Positions 34,893 to 47,582 of a stretch of DNA of 64,000 nucleotides are shown in pieces. The DNA is taken from NCBI RefSeq assembly GCF_902713615.1, contig NC_052158.1, forward strand, positions 45,099,159 through 45,163,158, given 5' to 3'. The DNA comes from Scyliorhinus canicula. Its lineage: Eukaryota. Under the pieces are notes generated by a model, which saw only the letters and a program-made list of their open reading frames with translations, ran no database searches and was not told where the DNA came from. Position numbers and translations under genes: made by a program. Within the stretch, counting starts at the first letter, position 1. Each line of letters opens with the position of its first letter.

Positions 34893-35126
34893 GTTTTTTT
34901 TATTTTTATAAATTTAGAGTACCCAATTCATTTTTCCAATTAAGGGGCAATTTAGTGTGGCCAATCAACCTAGCCTACACATCTTTGGGTTGTGGGGGCG
35001 AAACCCACGCAAACACGGGGAGAATGTGCAAACTCCACACTGACAGTGTCCCAGAGCTGGGATTGAACCTGGGACCTCAGTGTCATGAGACAGCAGGGCT
35101 AACCCACTGCGCCACCGTGCTGCCCG
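34893..35126 (-). mobile_element. V-SINE short A-tailed form nested in the LTR
   Basis: rc gggcagcacggtggcgcagtggg...ttgggtactctaaatttataaaaat. Confidence 0.88.
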
Positions 35127-35137
35127 GAGTCATCTTT

Positions 35138-35483
35138 GGGCAGCACGGTGGCATGGTGGTTAGCATCAATGCTTCACAGCTCCAGGGTCCCAGGTTCGAT
35201 TCCCGGCTGGGTCACTGTCTGTGCGGAGTCTGCACGTCCTCCCCGTGTGTGCGTGGGTTTCCTCCGGGTGCTCCGGTTTCCTCCCACAGTCCAAAGATGT
35301 GCGGGTTAGGTGGATTGGCCAGGCTAAATTGCCCTTAGTGTCCTAAAAAATAAGGTTAATGGGGGTTGTTGGGTTACTGGTATAGGGTGGATACGTGGGC
35401 TTGAGTAGGGTGATCATTGCTCGGCACAACATCAAGGGCCGAAGGGCCTGTTCTGTGCTGTACTGTTCTAATTCTAATTCTAA
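35138..35483 (+). mobile_element. HE1-like long SINE with CR1-derived 3' tail, nested in the LTR
   Basis: tRNA-like head and V-like body; ends gggccgaagggcctgttctgtgctgtactgttcta. Confidence 0.9.
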
Positions 35484-35810
35484 AATCTTAGCATGTGCAT
35501 GAGTAGATTATAATTGTATTATAATACACTCATTTGTTTGAACTTACTAATTGGTGTATGGTTTTATTGCTTTGAACTTGACCTTGAAACTTGTGGCGGT
35601 ATCTTAATGATACCTGGCGACTCCAGAGCTAAGTAACGAAACAGAGCCAAATCGAGTGTTAAGCACACTCACCCAGAACGAGCAACAGGACCCAACCTAA
35701 TCGCTCTACGAAGCTCAGGTGTAAGTGAATTGAGTGGACTTCAAACCTTCCACTGTGCTCATAGAAACAATATGGCTCAAGCGTTCCTGCACCATCAAAA
35801 GGGCACCTTT

Positions 35811-36135
35811 CATAGAACATAACAGCACAGAACAGGCCCTTCGGCCCTCGATGTTGTGCCGAGCAATGATCACCCTACTTAAACCCACGTAACCCGTATA
35901 CCCGTATCCCAACAATCCCCCCATTAACCTTACACTACGGGCAATTTAGCATGGCCAATCTACCTAACCCGCACATCTTTGGACTGTGGGAGGAAACCGG
36001 AGCACCCGGAGGAAACCCACGCACACACGGGGAGGACGTGCAGACTCCACACAGACAGTGACCCAGCCGGGAATCGAACCTGGGACCCTGGAGCTGTGAA
36101 GCATTGATGCTAACCACCATGCTACCGTGAGGCCC
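35811..36135 (-). mobile_element. HE1-like long SINE with CR1-derived tail
   Basis: Inverted near-copy of 35138-35483. Confidence 0.9.
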
Positions 36136-37337
36136 CTGTTCATTCATACTCAACATGATCCTGAACCACGTTTTTCTAATTCCCTCTGGGAAAGAAGAGG
36201 CATGCAGAGATAGCCAAGTCTTAATATGAATGTTGTATTTCCCTTTATAGCAATTGGGGCATAAGTGTCCCATGGTACATTGCATCCCTTCGTGACAACA
36301 CCTTTTGTCGCATTGTCGCAGTCAGCAATATTACTTCGAACCCAACACTGGTCCGGCTCCATGTAGACCTCCACTATCACCTGTTGCTAAATATCATCCC
36401 ATAAGAATCAGTTTCCATCTCTTGCATTCCTCCAAACTTAAATGTAAAATTTCCTCCCTCAACAAGGAGAAAGTGAGTGAGGTCATGATCATTTTGAACA
36501 AAATCATTTTAACGATGCTTTTCACGTTTTGATGTGAGACCTTTGTATGAAGCCGTACAAGTATAACAGCACAACATCCTGAAATGAATATTAAGGATGG
36601 GAGTGGCGCATATTTCCTTGCACCCTCACAGAAAAATACCAACAAACGTAGATAACAATTGAAAAATTGTAAGTATCATGGGGATCCTACAGTCCAGATT
36701 TTCAAAAGCAATCCCATGGAAGATAGAAAAAGATTTGATTCCTTTAATACAGAAAACTTAATAGAGACCATATCGTTTTCCGATACCCACATTTTGTCCC
36801 GAAAAATCCCCCATCATATTACAATCAATAAAACACGTACCCCACATTCCTCATTCAGCAATAGTTATCCACTTCATCCGTCATTAAGCTGCTATTGTTG
36901 AAATTTAAAGCCATTGTCATTAAGGGTCAGTCGCCGCTATCCACCGAGACCCCTAATAAATCAACTGCCTAGTATGTGCCTCATGGAGACCGCAGATCAT
37001 CCATCCATTGATGTCAAGGGCGCATGTCTAGTCAGGGATGTGTGACCAGATGTCTCATTTTTCGGTGCCAACGATACTGTCTCCCCCTCTTTCAAACTCT
37101 TGTTTTGATTCTTGTTACTCTCCAACTGTCCTTCATAGGGTCCCATTGAGTCCCATTATTATGAGCTTGGTACACATCAAAGATCACCCTTCTATCTTCC
37201 AACTCCACTTTGAAGCCTAAACTATTCGTTAGTGCCCCCACATACGAGAAAACATATTATTGCTGCTGCTTCTATTACCCGCTATTCGGGTTTCGTTCAG
37301 CCCAATGACCTGTATTCCATTAAACGTCCATGACTGA

Positions 37338-37564
37338 GGGCAGCACGGTGGCCTAGTGGTTAGCACAACCGCATCACGGCGCTGAGGTCCCGGGTTCGAT
37401 CCTGGCTCTGGGTCACTGTCCGTGTGGAGTTTGCACATTCTCCCCGTGTCTGCGTGGGTTTTGCCCCCACAACCCAAAAATGTGCAGAGTAGGTGGATTG
37501 GCCACGCTAAATTGCCCCTTAATTGGAAAAAATAATTGGGTAGTCTAAATTTATAAAAAAAAAA
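37338..37564 (+). mobile_element. V-SINE short A-tailed form
   Basis: Intact head, polyA, TSD gtccatgactg. Confidence 0.9.
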
Positions 37565-39248
37565 GTCCATGACTGTTCAGTGGAGGTGTTATACACATGG
37601 ATCTTCACTGTTTTTCTCTGTTCTAATGTTGTCCTATTGGTATCTGCTTCTTGTATTCCCCAAATTGGTGCTGAGTTTCCTGTAGTCAACAGAAATACCA
37701 GAGTACCTATACTACAAATCATATCCCCCATTGTTAACTGTAGCCCTCGTTATAACCAATCAATTCTACTTGTATTCTGGATCCGAAGCTTCCTTATTTT
37801 TAGGCATATTCCCATCCTTTCCTGTGCCGATTTTCTTCCACATATCTATCTTCCGAGTATTTTCTCTATCTACAAAATTATAATTAACAATTTGGATCAG
37901 GTCCCTACCATTTTCCATTCAACGTATATTTCTTGGAGGTTCTAGAAGTACCCTCTCCAGAACTTCCAGACCTCCTTGTATTAATATTACTGTCTTTCCT
38001 CCCATTGTTTTTGCACGTACTATTTCGAAGGCCCCCTCTTGCTCCTCATCTGATCTTTCCTGTCCTGCCCAAGCAGTTTGTCACGTTCCATCTGTATCAT
38101 CTGTCGACTCTCACCATCATCTTCTTTTCCTAGTATCTTGTTTTTCTGTAACTGTCTTTTATATTCTGTAATTGCTTTGTTGCTTGTTTTATGAGGATGT
38201 TTTACTACTTGGACTATTTCTTGCTCAGTATCTCGGTCTATCTATAATTTTTATTACTCCGGAATAGACTGTTCCTGCTGCTGCTGCCGCCTCGACATGC
38301 CTCTTTCCAGTGACTATCATTGTGTTTGCTTAGACTTTATCTGTCCATTTACATAATGCCTTCACTGAACCTATTGTGTCTGTAGTTTGGGTTTTTCTGG
38401 CTACCCTGACAAAGAAACGGTCTGCCCCATCAGGTGCAGTTTCCCTGACCCAACTTAATCTTTCTTGTTTTAAAGTTTTCCACAATCCTTGGATTTCTCC
38501 ATCTCTCTTCCCCCTTATTCCAGGAGAGCAGAGTTACCGTGGTAGTCATTACTTCGAGATTTTAAATTTTCTATTTTAATCTGCTCCTAATTCGTCCTTC
38601 TCTGCTGCAGCACTGAGATTAAAGCTCGGCTCTCCTTTCTGGATTACCTCCAAGGTACTGAAGTACTCTGAGCTGTTTTAATAAACCAATATTTCAGGTT
38701 TAAATCAGATAAGGGTGGGAAGGCGACTTTGCCTAGTGAGAAAGGGCGTCCCCGATCTTCTAAGTTCCTTTGTCACTTATCCGACCTTACTTAGAGCTCT
38801 TGGGTTTCCTTCTTAACTGTTAATGGACCCGACTATTACCAGGTTGGCGTATTCCAGTTTAATGTTGCTTACTAACTCTTCTGGGTTATGAGTACAGTGT
38901 CAATCGACTACTGGCACTTCCGCCCCTGTTCTCTGGCCCCACAATCCACAGATTGGTCCTGAAATAAGCTTAAAATAGCAATCGCTATTAAGCATAACGC
39001 GATGGATATGGTTTGACTATAAAAACCACATATTGGCTTGAAACTTCTATCTCCTGTAAAATTGAAGTTATGGGGGACGACTCTCCTTTGAAAATTCCTA
39101 TTATTTCGAAAAGTGTAGCAGATCTATCCACAACCAGAAGAGGGAGCCAGACTCCACCAGATGTCTCTAGTGAATATATAATCGGTGATCTTACGAATTC
39201 TATCTGTCATCATTTTAATTTGCAAAAAGCAATTGCGGAGATTGAGTT

Positions 39249-39783
39249 CTCTGTATCTAACCCCGTGCTGTACCTGTCCTGGGAGTGTTTGATGGGGCAG
39301 TGTAGAGAGAGCTTTACTCTATCTAACCCCGTGCTGTATCTGTCCTGGGAGTGTTTGATGGGGACAGTGTAGAGGGAGCTTTACTCTGTATCTAACCCCG
39401 TGCTGCACCTGTCCTGGGAGTGTTTGATGGGAACAGTGTAGAGGGAGCTTTACTCTGTATCTAACCCTGTGCTGTACCTGTCCTGGGAGTGTTTGATGGG
39501 AACAGTGTAGAGGGAGCTTTACTCTGTATCTAACCCCGTGCTGTACCTGTCCTGGGAGTGTTTGATGGGGACAGTGTAGAGAGAGCTTTACTCTGTATCT
39601 AACCCCGTGCTGTACCTGTCCTGGGAGTGTTTGATGGGGACAGTGCAGAGGGAGCTTTACTCTGTATCTAACCCCGTGCTGTACCTGTCCTGGGAGTATT
39701 TGATGGGGACAGTGTCGAGGGAGCTTTACTCTGTATCTAACCCCGTGCTGTACCTGTCCTGGGAGTGTTTGATGGGGACAGTG
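39249..39783 (+). repeat. 69-bp tandem satellite, about 7.7 copies
   Basis: Unit ctctgtatctaaccccgtgctgtacctgtcctgggagtgtttgatggggacagtgtagagggagcttta. Confidence 0.95.
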
Positions 39784-39829
39784 AGATGGTTTTTGTTGCT
39801 CCCACACTCTGAGGGAGTGCTGTATGTGA

Positions 39830-42800
39830 ATACTGAGGGAATGGGAGATACGTTCGTTTGTGGCTATTTGCTCTGTTAATATTAAAGGAAATTGTAAACG
39901 CTGAAAAAAAAAAATACAACATTACTCAAGGCCAATGGTTCTTCGAAGATGTTAAAATAGTTTGGGGAAAGATCACCCGTTTAAGAAAAATTGACCGCAT
40001 TAAATGGTCACTTGTGGTTCCGTCAGCAAAGGTCAGCAGCTCAACAAAAAGACTATGAGGACGCTATTAAATCTGCCAGGGAGGAACTCCAAATAACCTC
40101 TGCGCTTTTACAAGACTCAAATTACAAGCTCAAGAGGTCTGACCAATGTAGATCCTTTTTACACTATCAAAACTGTGAACTCCAAAAACAAATTGCAGAC
40201 CTTAAACGGAAAACTACCGAGCTTCAGGCCACTATTGCCAACTTCAAAGTACAGTCTCTGATCTTCAGAGCATTAATGCAGAAGTTCAGACTAAAAATAT
40301 CAAACCCCAAACCATTAATGCTGAAATTCAAACTCAAAATATTGAACTTCAGACCATTTCTACTGAAGTTCACATGGAAAATACTGAGCTCCAGAACATT
40401 ATTAGAGGCGAGATCATTTTTGGGACTTTGCAATTTTAACAGAAATTGGATTGATTCCTTTACTCAGCTGGCTCAACCATTAAATGATCTCCTAAAAGGC
40501 AACCGGAAATCAAAAGACTCAGTTAACCTCACATTGGAACAGAAAGAGTCATTCTTGAACCTGAAACATGCATTCTGCACAGCACCTGCACTTGGCATTC
40601 CACACAATGGAAGACCTTTCACTATGTTTGCTCATGAGAAGGACGGCTACATGACAGCAGTACTAGCCCAAGAACATGGTGACCAGTTAAGACCTGTAGG
40701 ATACTACTCTGCCAAATTCAACAATGTTGCACTGGCATATGGCAGCTGCCTCAGAGCCAGGTGGAAGCCACAAGTCGAGTTTTGATGCATACAGCAGGCC
40801 TTATCTTGGAACAGCAGTTGACTATTAAATGCCCCCACGCAGTCCATTCTCTACTTTCCATGAACAGAGCATCACAAGTCACGTCAACCAGATGGACCAG
40901 ATGGACAGCAGTGTTGGAAGCGCCTAATCTTTACTTCCACCGAGCCAGTCCAGTAAATCCTTCAACTTTGCACCCGCTTCCCGAAGAGCAACGGGGGGAG
41001 AAATAGAAGAACATGACTGTGTGGAAGTAAGAAAATAAATGGAAGAGGCACGCCTGATAGAAGAAGAACCACTGCAGAACCCAGATTTGATTCTATTTAC
41101 AGATGGTTCCCCCTTTATTGATAAAGGTGTCAGCAAAGCTGGATGGGCAGTCACCAGCCTGTATGAAATAGTGGCGGAAGGAAGTTTGTCCCAAGGAACA
41201 TCAGCTCAACAGGCCGAATTAAGGGCTTTAACAGAAGCATGTCATGTGGCAAAAGATCAAACAGCCAACATATATACGGACTCCAGATATGGTTTTGGAG
41301 TAGCCCGTGATTTTGGTCATTTATGGAAGAAAAGAGGATACCTTATCACACCTATACGGAATGGGAAAGAAGTACAGGACCTCCTAGAAGCCATGGCTTT
41401 ACCAAAAGAAGTCTCTATTCTCAAATGTAAGGCTCATACTCAAGAAGACACTGGAAACTAAAGGAAATGCCTTTGCAGACCGAGCAGCAAAGAAAGCTAC
41501 TTCCAAGGAACATCCTTCAGCAGCTCCAAGGCACATCTACCATTTGGGAGTGCCTTCTACCATCTATGTGAAATGCAACATAACTGAACATCACTGACAT
41601 TGACACAAGAAAGATGGCCATAGCTAGATTCAGGTATTGAGGAGTATAATGATGATATTTGGAGAGAAGTTAAGACTGATAAACCAGTGGCACCACAGTC
41701 ACTGATGCCATTCCTGGTACAACAGATCCATTCATGGGGACATCTGCCCCCTCAAAAGATGATGGATCGATTCCACAGGAGTTGGTGTGGCAAAGGATTC
41801 AAAAACATGCACAATCGCTGTGTTACATGTCAAAAGAACAACTTAGGACCTGTCACAAAGATGCCTCAGCTAAGAGCTCCTGCCCCTCCAGGACCATTTC
41901 AGCACATTGTTGCTCGTTCTGGTGAGTGTGCTTTACGCTCAATTGGCTCTGTTTTATTCCCTTGCTCTGGAGTCGCCAGGTATCTTTATGATACCACCAC
42001 GAGGTTCAAGTTCAAGTGCTGATCAATAACTCAATACACCAGTTAGTAAGGTTCAAATCAAAACGCATTTATTATATACACAGTCAATCGCTACTCATGC
42101 ATAAATACTACAAAACTAGACTACTTCTTCCACTAAAGGCCAATATTTATCTTCTGGAAAAGGAACCCACTGGGTCAGGGAACAGTGGCCTCTTGTTTAA
42201 TCCTGAAACTGCAGGCTTCCAGCTGGTACGGACTAAGGGTCAGGAGCGCCTATCTCATAGCGTGCGTTGACTGGACACTTACTTGTTGGTGCAGCTGCAA
42301 GGCAGTTCAGGGTCAAGTGTTGTTTCGGTCTGCTGCGTGACCCTGCCGAGAAGTCTATCGAGAGAAACTGCCAAGAGAGCGAATTGAACTTGGAACCTGT
42401 CTTTTATAGGCCCCAAGGGCTTCGCGCCCTTTTGGGCGGATCTCCGTACCCGACTCCAATCGATTGGATCACGTACCAATCGATCGGTTTGAATTCCCCA
42501 ATACTGGGGCTGTTTCCTGATCGCTGGGCGGTCCTTGGATGCTCGTTAGCCTCTTTTGTCTTGGACTCCTGCTGGCGCCGAGAAGTCTGGTTTTACCTCG
42601 ATTATCCAAACTGTTGCTGTTGTGCCTGGGAATCGCTCATTAATATTCAGTTTGCTGGTTTCAATGCTGTCTGCTTTCTGCAACTCGAATATACAGAAGA
42701 ACTCTGCAAACTGCTTGTTTTCTCATACTGTCCAATTTTCCCTGCGTTCTTTGCGAATCTCCATTTTAAGTCGGGGAGTGGCCAACCCAGGTGGCTACAA

Positions 42801-43560
42801 CATACAGGTCGATTACATCTTTCTCCGTGCCAAAGATACACTGAGGTCCTGGTGATAGTAGATACATTTTCAAGATGGGTAGAAGCTGCCCCAGCCAGAA
42901 TGGCTGTATTAGTGGCAGTAGCCAAAGTACTATGCAAAGACTATCTTCCCAGATGGGAAGCATCAGCTAGCATTGATTCAGACAACGGAACCGACTTTAC
43001 GGGTGCTGTATGCCAGGAGGTGTGCAGATTACTGAACATTGATTGGAATTTACATTGTCCCTATCATCCAGAAGCATCAGGACTAGTGGAACGCATGAAC
43101 CGAACCTTAAAAGACTGTCCAAATATAGCCAAGAAGGCATGAACTGGATTCAAGCTTTTCCCCTCGTACTGTGCAGTATCAGAGCAACCCCAAACAGAAC
43201 AACAGTGCCCATTTGAGATCATCACTGGCAGACCCATGTCCCTGCCAGGAACTACTGACTTACAAAAGGCAGACTGTCATTTAATGAGTAATGCATTACT
43301 TAGTTATTGTCAAAATCTAACATGCTGTTAGTTCTGTTTCTCAACAAGTTTCCGCAGCCTGGGGCGATCCACAGGAGGGTGGCTACGATATTGTCCCTGG
43401 CGAAGCGGTGTACTTGAAAAAGCTGCAAAGGGACCCTCTCGGGGCCAAGTGGGAGGGCCACTACCAGGTTCTTCTGACTACACAATCCGCCGTGAAACTC
43501 CAAGGAAAGAAAACTGGATTTACGTGTCGTATGTGAAGCACGCGCATCAGAATAATAATA
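39830..43560 (+). mobile_element. pol: Class I (gamma/epsilon-like) endogenous retrovirus remnant: short gag-like coiled coil fused by deletion to RT connection, RNase H and integrase
   Basis: RSFLGLCNFNRNWI; LFTDGS...SAQQAELRAL...IYTDSRY; H..C..C; QVDY, VDTFSRWVEA, IDSDNG, YHPEASGLVERMNRTLK; WEGHYQVLLTT; several stops and frameshifts. Confidence 0.88.
41908..42799 (-). mobile_element. Solo LTR inserted in the ERV integrase
   Basis: TG...CA ends; 4-bp TSD ACAT; removing it restores PFQHIQVDY; related to 34176-35687. Confidence 0.92.
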
Positions 43561-43752
43561 ATCCATAAAAACATTTGCCACATTATTGATTTTCAGTTGT
43601 ATGGTCTGCTTAGTAGGCTTTACTAAACGGTTACATGACAATTCTTTCTATTGTGTATTTTAACTTGAAGAAAACATGAAGAGCTGTAATTTATATTGAA
43701 TTTAACTCAGTCATCTGTACTTGCTTGGACAAAATGAACTTTAAAAAACTCT

Positions 43753-44275
43753 GGGTGGGATTCTCCGACCATCGACGGGGGGGCGGGGGGGGGGGGGGGG
43801 GGCGTGAATCCCGGCCCGACGCTGGCTGCTGAATTCTCTGGCGCCGGATTTTGGGCGGGGATCACGTTGTGCCGGTCGGGGGCCATTGGCAGTGGCCCCC
43901 CGCTCCCCCCCCCCGACAATATTCCGGGCCCCGATGGGCAGAACGGCCGCGCGATCCTGGCCAGCCCCGCCGGCGTGAAATGGACACGGTCCATCCCGGC
44001 GGGACATGGCTTGTCGGCCATCTGGCGGGGTCCTCGGGGGGGGGAAATCTGGCCCTGGGGGGGGGGGGGGGGGCACCACGGTGGCCTGGCCTGCGATCGG
44101 GGCCCACCGATCTGCGGGTGGGCCTGTGCCGTGGGGGCACTCTTTCCCTCCGCACCGGCCTCTGTAAGGCTCCACGATTGCCGGCGCAGAGAAGAAACCC
44201 CCCTGCGCATCCGCAGGAAACACGCTGGCAGTTCTGCGCATGCGCCAACTCGCGCCGGCCCCTTCAGCGCCAGTT
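43753..44275 (+). mobile_element. GC-rich MITE-like element, one end truncated (possibly Harbinger-type)
   Basis: Starts gggtgggattctcc; CpG-rich with poly-G runs and short internal palindromes. Confidence 0.55.
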
Positions 44276-44808
44276 TCTCTAGAAGCTGCTATTTCACTCG
44301 GGCTGCTGCCACCGACAGTCACAATCCTTTCTCTTTATAAGACAGTCAGTTATTGCCCTGACTGGGTCCTGAATCCACATGGCAGTGTCACCTGATGGTC
44401 AGAGGACATTTTGTGGATACAGTGATTCTCTCTAACCCAATATTTGAACAGCTTCTTTGTCCAATGTCCGTATTGAATAAGATCCATATTTGAAATGATG
44501 AGTGTACCATCCCTTACATAACAGTATTCTCCGTAACTGGCATCACACTAGCACTGAGACTCACACCCCCAGAGTGATGACTCACTGATGGAGCGTAACC
44601 AGGGGCTGAAACCTGTTTCCAGCTGACATCACAAAGGAGCCAGCAGCCAATCACACAGCGGCCAGCAATGATGTCACAAAGCAGCTGCAATGGCCAGTGT
44701 GAATGGACAGGGAGTTTGTTTCCGGTTCCAGCTCCAGGCACTGGACTATTCAACCTGGACTGTCCTCACAGCAATAACTCTGTAACTGAACCAGATATTT
44801 ACATATAG
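44274..44808 (-). repeat. Left arm of ~520-bp inverted duplication, promoter-like
   Basis: Reverse complement of 52111-52621; contains TGACATCA, CCAAT and TGATGTCA. Confidence 0.9.
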
Positions 44809-44829
44809 GACTACATCATGCATTTGGGG

Positions 44830-45180
44830 TGCATGAGCTGCTCTCTGCCGCAACTCCAGGCAGGAAGACCAGCTATTTAAAAAGAAAATCTCCTGGGTCA
44901 GCGCTCTACATCAAGAGGAGGCAGTCTGCCTCGCTGGACTCTGTGCCTGTGTACTGCTGAGGGGGCACGCATGCCTGGAAAGGCCGGCATTCTGACAACA
45001 AGTCACGCTGTTGGGCACGACTTCCCGCGGTCAGGAATGCCGTGATGCAAGGCCCCACGATCGGGAATGCCACGAAGAATGGCCCCGTGATCGGGGATGT
45101 CACGGCACATGCCCCACAACCCTCTCGACACCCCCTCACGATCCACCCACGGGTCGCGACCCTGTGTTTGAAGATGACTG
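44830..45180 (-). mobile_element. hAT/Charlie-like MITE fragment inserted at the end of the L1 remnant
   Basis: rc terminus cagtcatcttcaaacacagggtcgcgaccc. Confidence 0.45.
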
Positions 45181-46760
45181 CCCTAAACCAGCCCAGCACT
45201 TTTTCAATATTGGCTTCCCAATAATAGAACAGCAAATTAGGTAAGGCTAAGCCCACTGGTTGTCTTTCTCTCTGCAGAAACATTCTGCGAATCTTTGGGG
45301 TCCTTCCTGCCCAAATGAAAGAGGTAATCAATTCATTGATTTTAACAAAGAATGTTTCTATGACATTGGAAAAGAAACAAAAACCTCGGAAGGACGTTAA
45401 TTTTAACTGTCTGAATCCTGCCCGCCAAGGACAGGGGGATGTTATCCCACCTTTGTAAAACTGCTTTGACCTCATTCACCAGCTGAGCAAAATTAAGTTT
45501 GTGAAGAGAGGCCCAGCTGTGGGCCACCCAGATTCCCAAATAACAGAAGCTAGATCTGGCAAGGCGAAAAGGTAGCAACCCTAGATCAGTTCCCCTTCCT
45601 GGGGTGCTCACCGGAAAATATTTGTCTTGTCCAGATTTACCCTGTACCCTGAAAAGGAGCCGAAACTCCTCAGTAGCTTCATTATCCCATCCATCATGGA
45701 GACTGGGCCCGTGATATAAAGAAGCAGATCAGCTGCATACAGGGACAACCTATGCTCTTTCCCACCCCTCTCTATCCCCTTCCATCTCCTGGAACATTTT
45801 AACAACACACAAACAAACGCAACCCCAATCCTTGACCTTGTTAAATGCCACCCTTTTCTTTTTATAGCCATGCTTCCATATCCTGATAGAGGCTAATGGC
45901 ATGGTCCTCCCATTTGTAGTTATGGTGCCCAAAGTGACTCTCCTAGCAAGGCTTCTGACAGCAAGTAATGAATAGCCTGATCAGGAAGGGACAACACCCT
46001 CGCCCACCATCTTCCCAAACATCTTCGACATATATTTCAGTCAAGTGTAGGACCTCAGTGGGCAGCACGGTGGCTCAGTGGATAGCACTGCTGCCTCACG
46101 GCGCCGAGGTCCCTGGTTCGATCCCGGCTCTGGGTCACTGTCCGTGTGGAGTTTGCACATTCTCCTCGCGTTTGCGTGGGTTTCGCCCCCACAACCCAAA
46201 GATGTGCAGAGTAGTTTGGCCACACTAAATTGCCCCTTAATTGGAAAAAAATGAATTGGGCACTCTAAATTTAAAAAAAAGTGTAGGACCTCTATTCCCT
46301 CCAGCAGCCCCAAGACGATAAGATTTTGCCTCTTGGAACGATTTTCTAAGTCATCTACTCTGTCATGCAGAAATTTGTTATTATCAGCCAGCATTACCAT
46401 CTCAGCCTCGAAAGAGACAATCTGTTCACTCTGCATCAAAAGAGCCACCTCCATGCCCTGCACAACTCTGGTATGCATCGTTACCATTTTGTCTGGTTTT
46501 GCCAGCATCGATCTAATGGGAGCAAACCAGGGTCTCCTCAATTTATTTATGGAGGTCCTCAAAGACAGTCTGCCATTGTTTTGAATTCCTCCGCTAAGAT
46601 GCTCGTAAGCATCTCAATTGATAATGAGGTAACTCTAGACTTGGCAGCAGCCACCACCATTACTTTTTCTGATGAGCATCGAGAGGAATTTTATTTGGAT
46701 GACGATTCTGTGCTTGCAACACAATGCAAACCTGATTGAGTTGGACTGCATTCACACGCG
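45181..46760 (-). mobile_element. Old, internally deleted L1-clade LINE (ORF1 coiled coil plus RT C-terminal pieces)
   Basis: VDDLENRSKRQNLIVLGLLEGIE; SLYAADLLLY; SLAGRIQTVKINVLPRFLFLFQ; GLALPNLLFYYW. Confidence 0.8.
46060..46280 (+). mobile_element. V-SINE short A-tailed form
   Basis: 13-bp TSD agtgtaggacctc. Confidence 0.9.
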
Positions 46761-47582
46761 CCACATATTCTGGTTAAAAACATCAACAATTATTTCTGGC
46801 TAATTAGCTGCTGCTCCTTCACCATAAACTGCACTTTTTATCTTTCAGATGTTGATGTAATTCCATGTTGAAAATGGGAATCGTGCTTGGTGCCAATTTC
46901 TGCCTGTTTAATGCTCTTGTTGACGACCTTCGAATATTTTCCTACATGAATGTGCTATTTAAGTGTCAGTAACTGGTAGCTCCAACGAGCTTAAATAGAG
47001 AGCAGCCATGATCTAACTGAATAGTCTGGAGGGACTCCTCCTGTTTGTATTGTCACACGGTAGATTGGACATAAGAGTCTCATATTGGAGCAAAACCTCA
47101 GTGTAGAACTGACCCCAGTCTGCAAATTCTAGGGAGGGAAAGAGCAGTAATCAGTGAGACTCAACTCAGCCAAAGTCAGGACCTTCAGGTGATGGCGAAA
47201 AGTTCACCGAAAGGAAATATTTTGGAGATGCTACAATATGTTTCTCTTTCAGCAGAGGTGAAAGTGTGAGGGATGAAGATTTAAAGCATGGAGCGAACAT
47301 GAGAGGAAAGAATGTTCCAGAAAAACAACTAGAATTGTCTGTTTTGAGCTTCTGTCCTGTACTTAATATAAAAATTATTTTGATGCTTAGTTTGTGACCC
47401 AGTTATGTGTAATAATCAAGTAATCAAATTATATTAATCGGTTAACTTAATATTATATTCAACTTAATTATAATCAATGCCTCACACTGTTCCCATGTGA
47501 CTGCATCTTTTTCTGTGAAGATGTGGACATATTGCTTTCTGACAGGTGAAACAGACCGCATGGTTTAGTTCTATTATGTAAA

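Larger units (their letters stand above)
34176..35687 (+). mobile_element. Solo LTR (TGTAGCCACC...GAGCAACA) containing two SINEs
   Basis: Homologous to rc 41908-42799; TATA cctataaaag ~34601; TSD GGAG/GGAC (1 mismatch). Confidence 0.85.

Noticed and set aside
39249-39783. CRISPR-like regular repeat and repetitive ORF 39319-39807
   Set aside because: Units are contiguous with no unique spacers, there are no cas genes, and the context is eukaryotic. The ORF is a by-product of a 69-bp unit.
43707-44340. Overlapping 130-190 aa ORFs on both strands
   Set aside because: GC-rich MITE sequence with poly-G runs; no domain signature.
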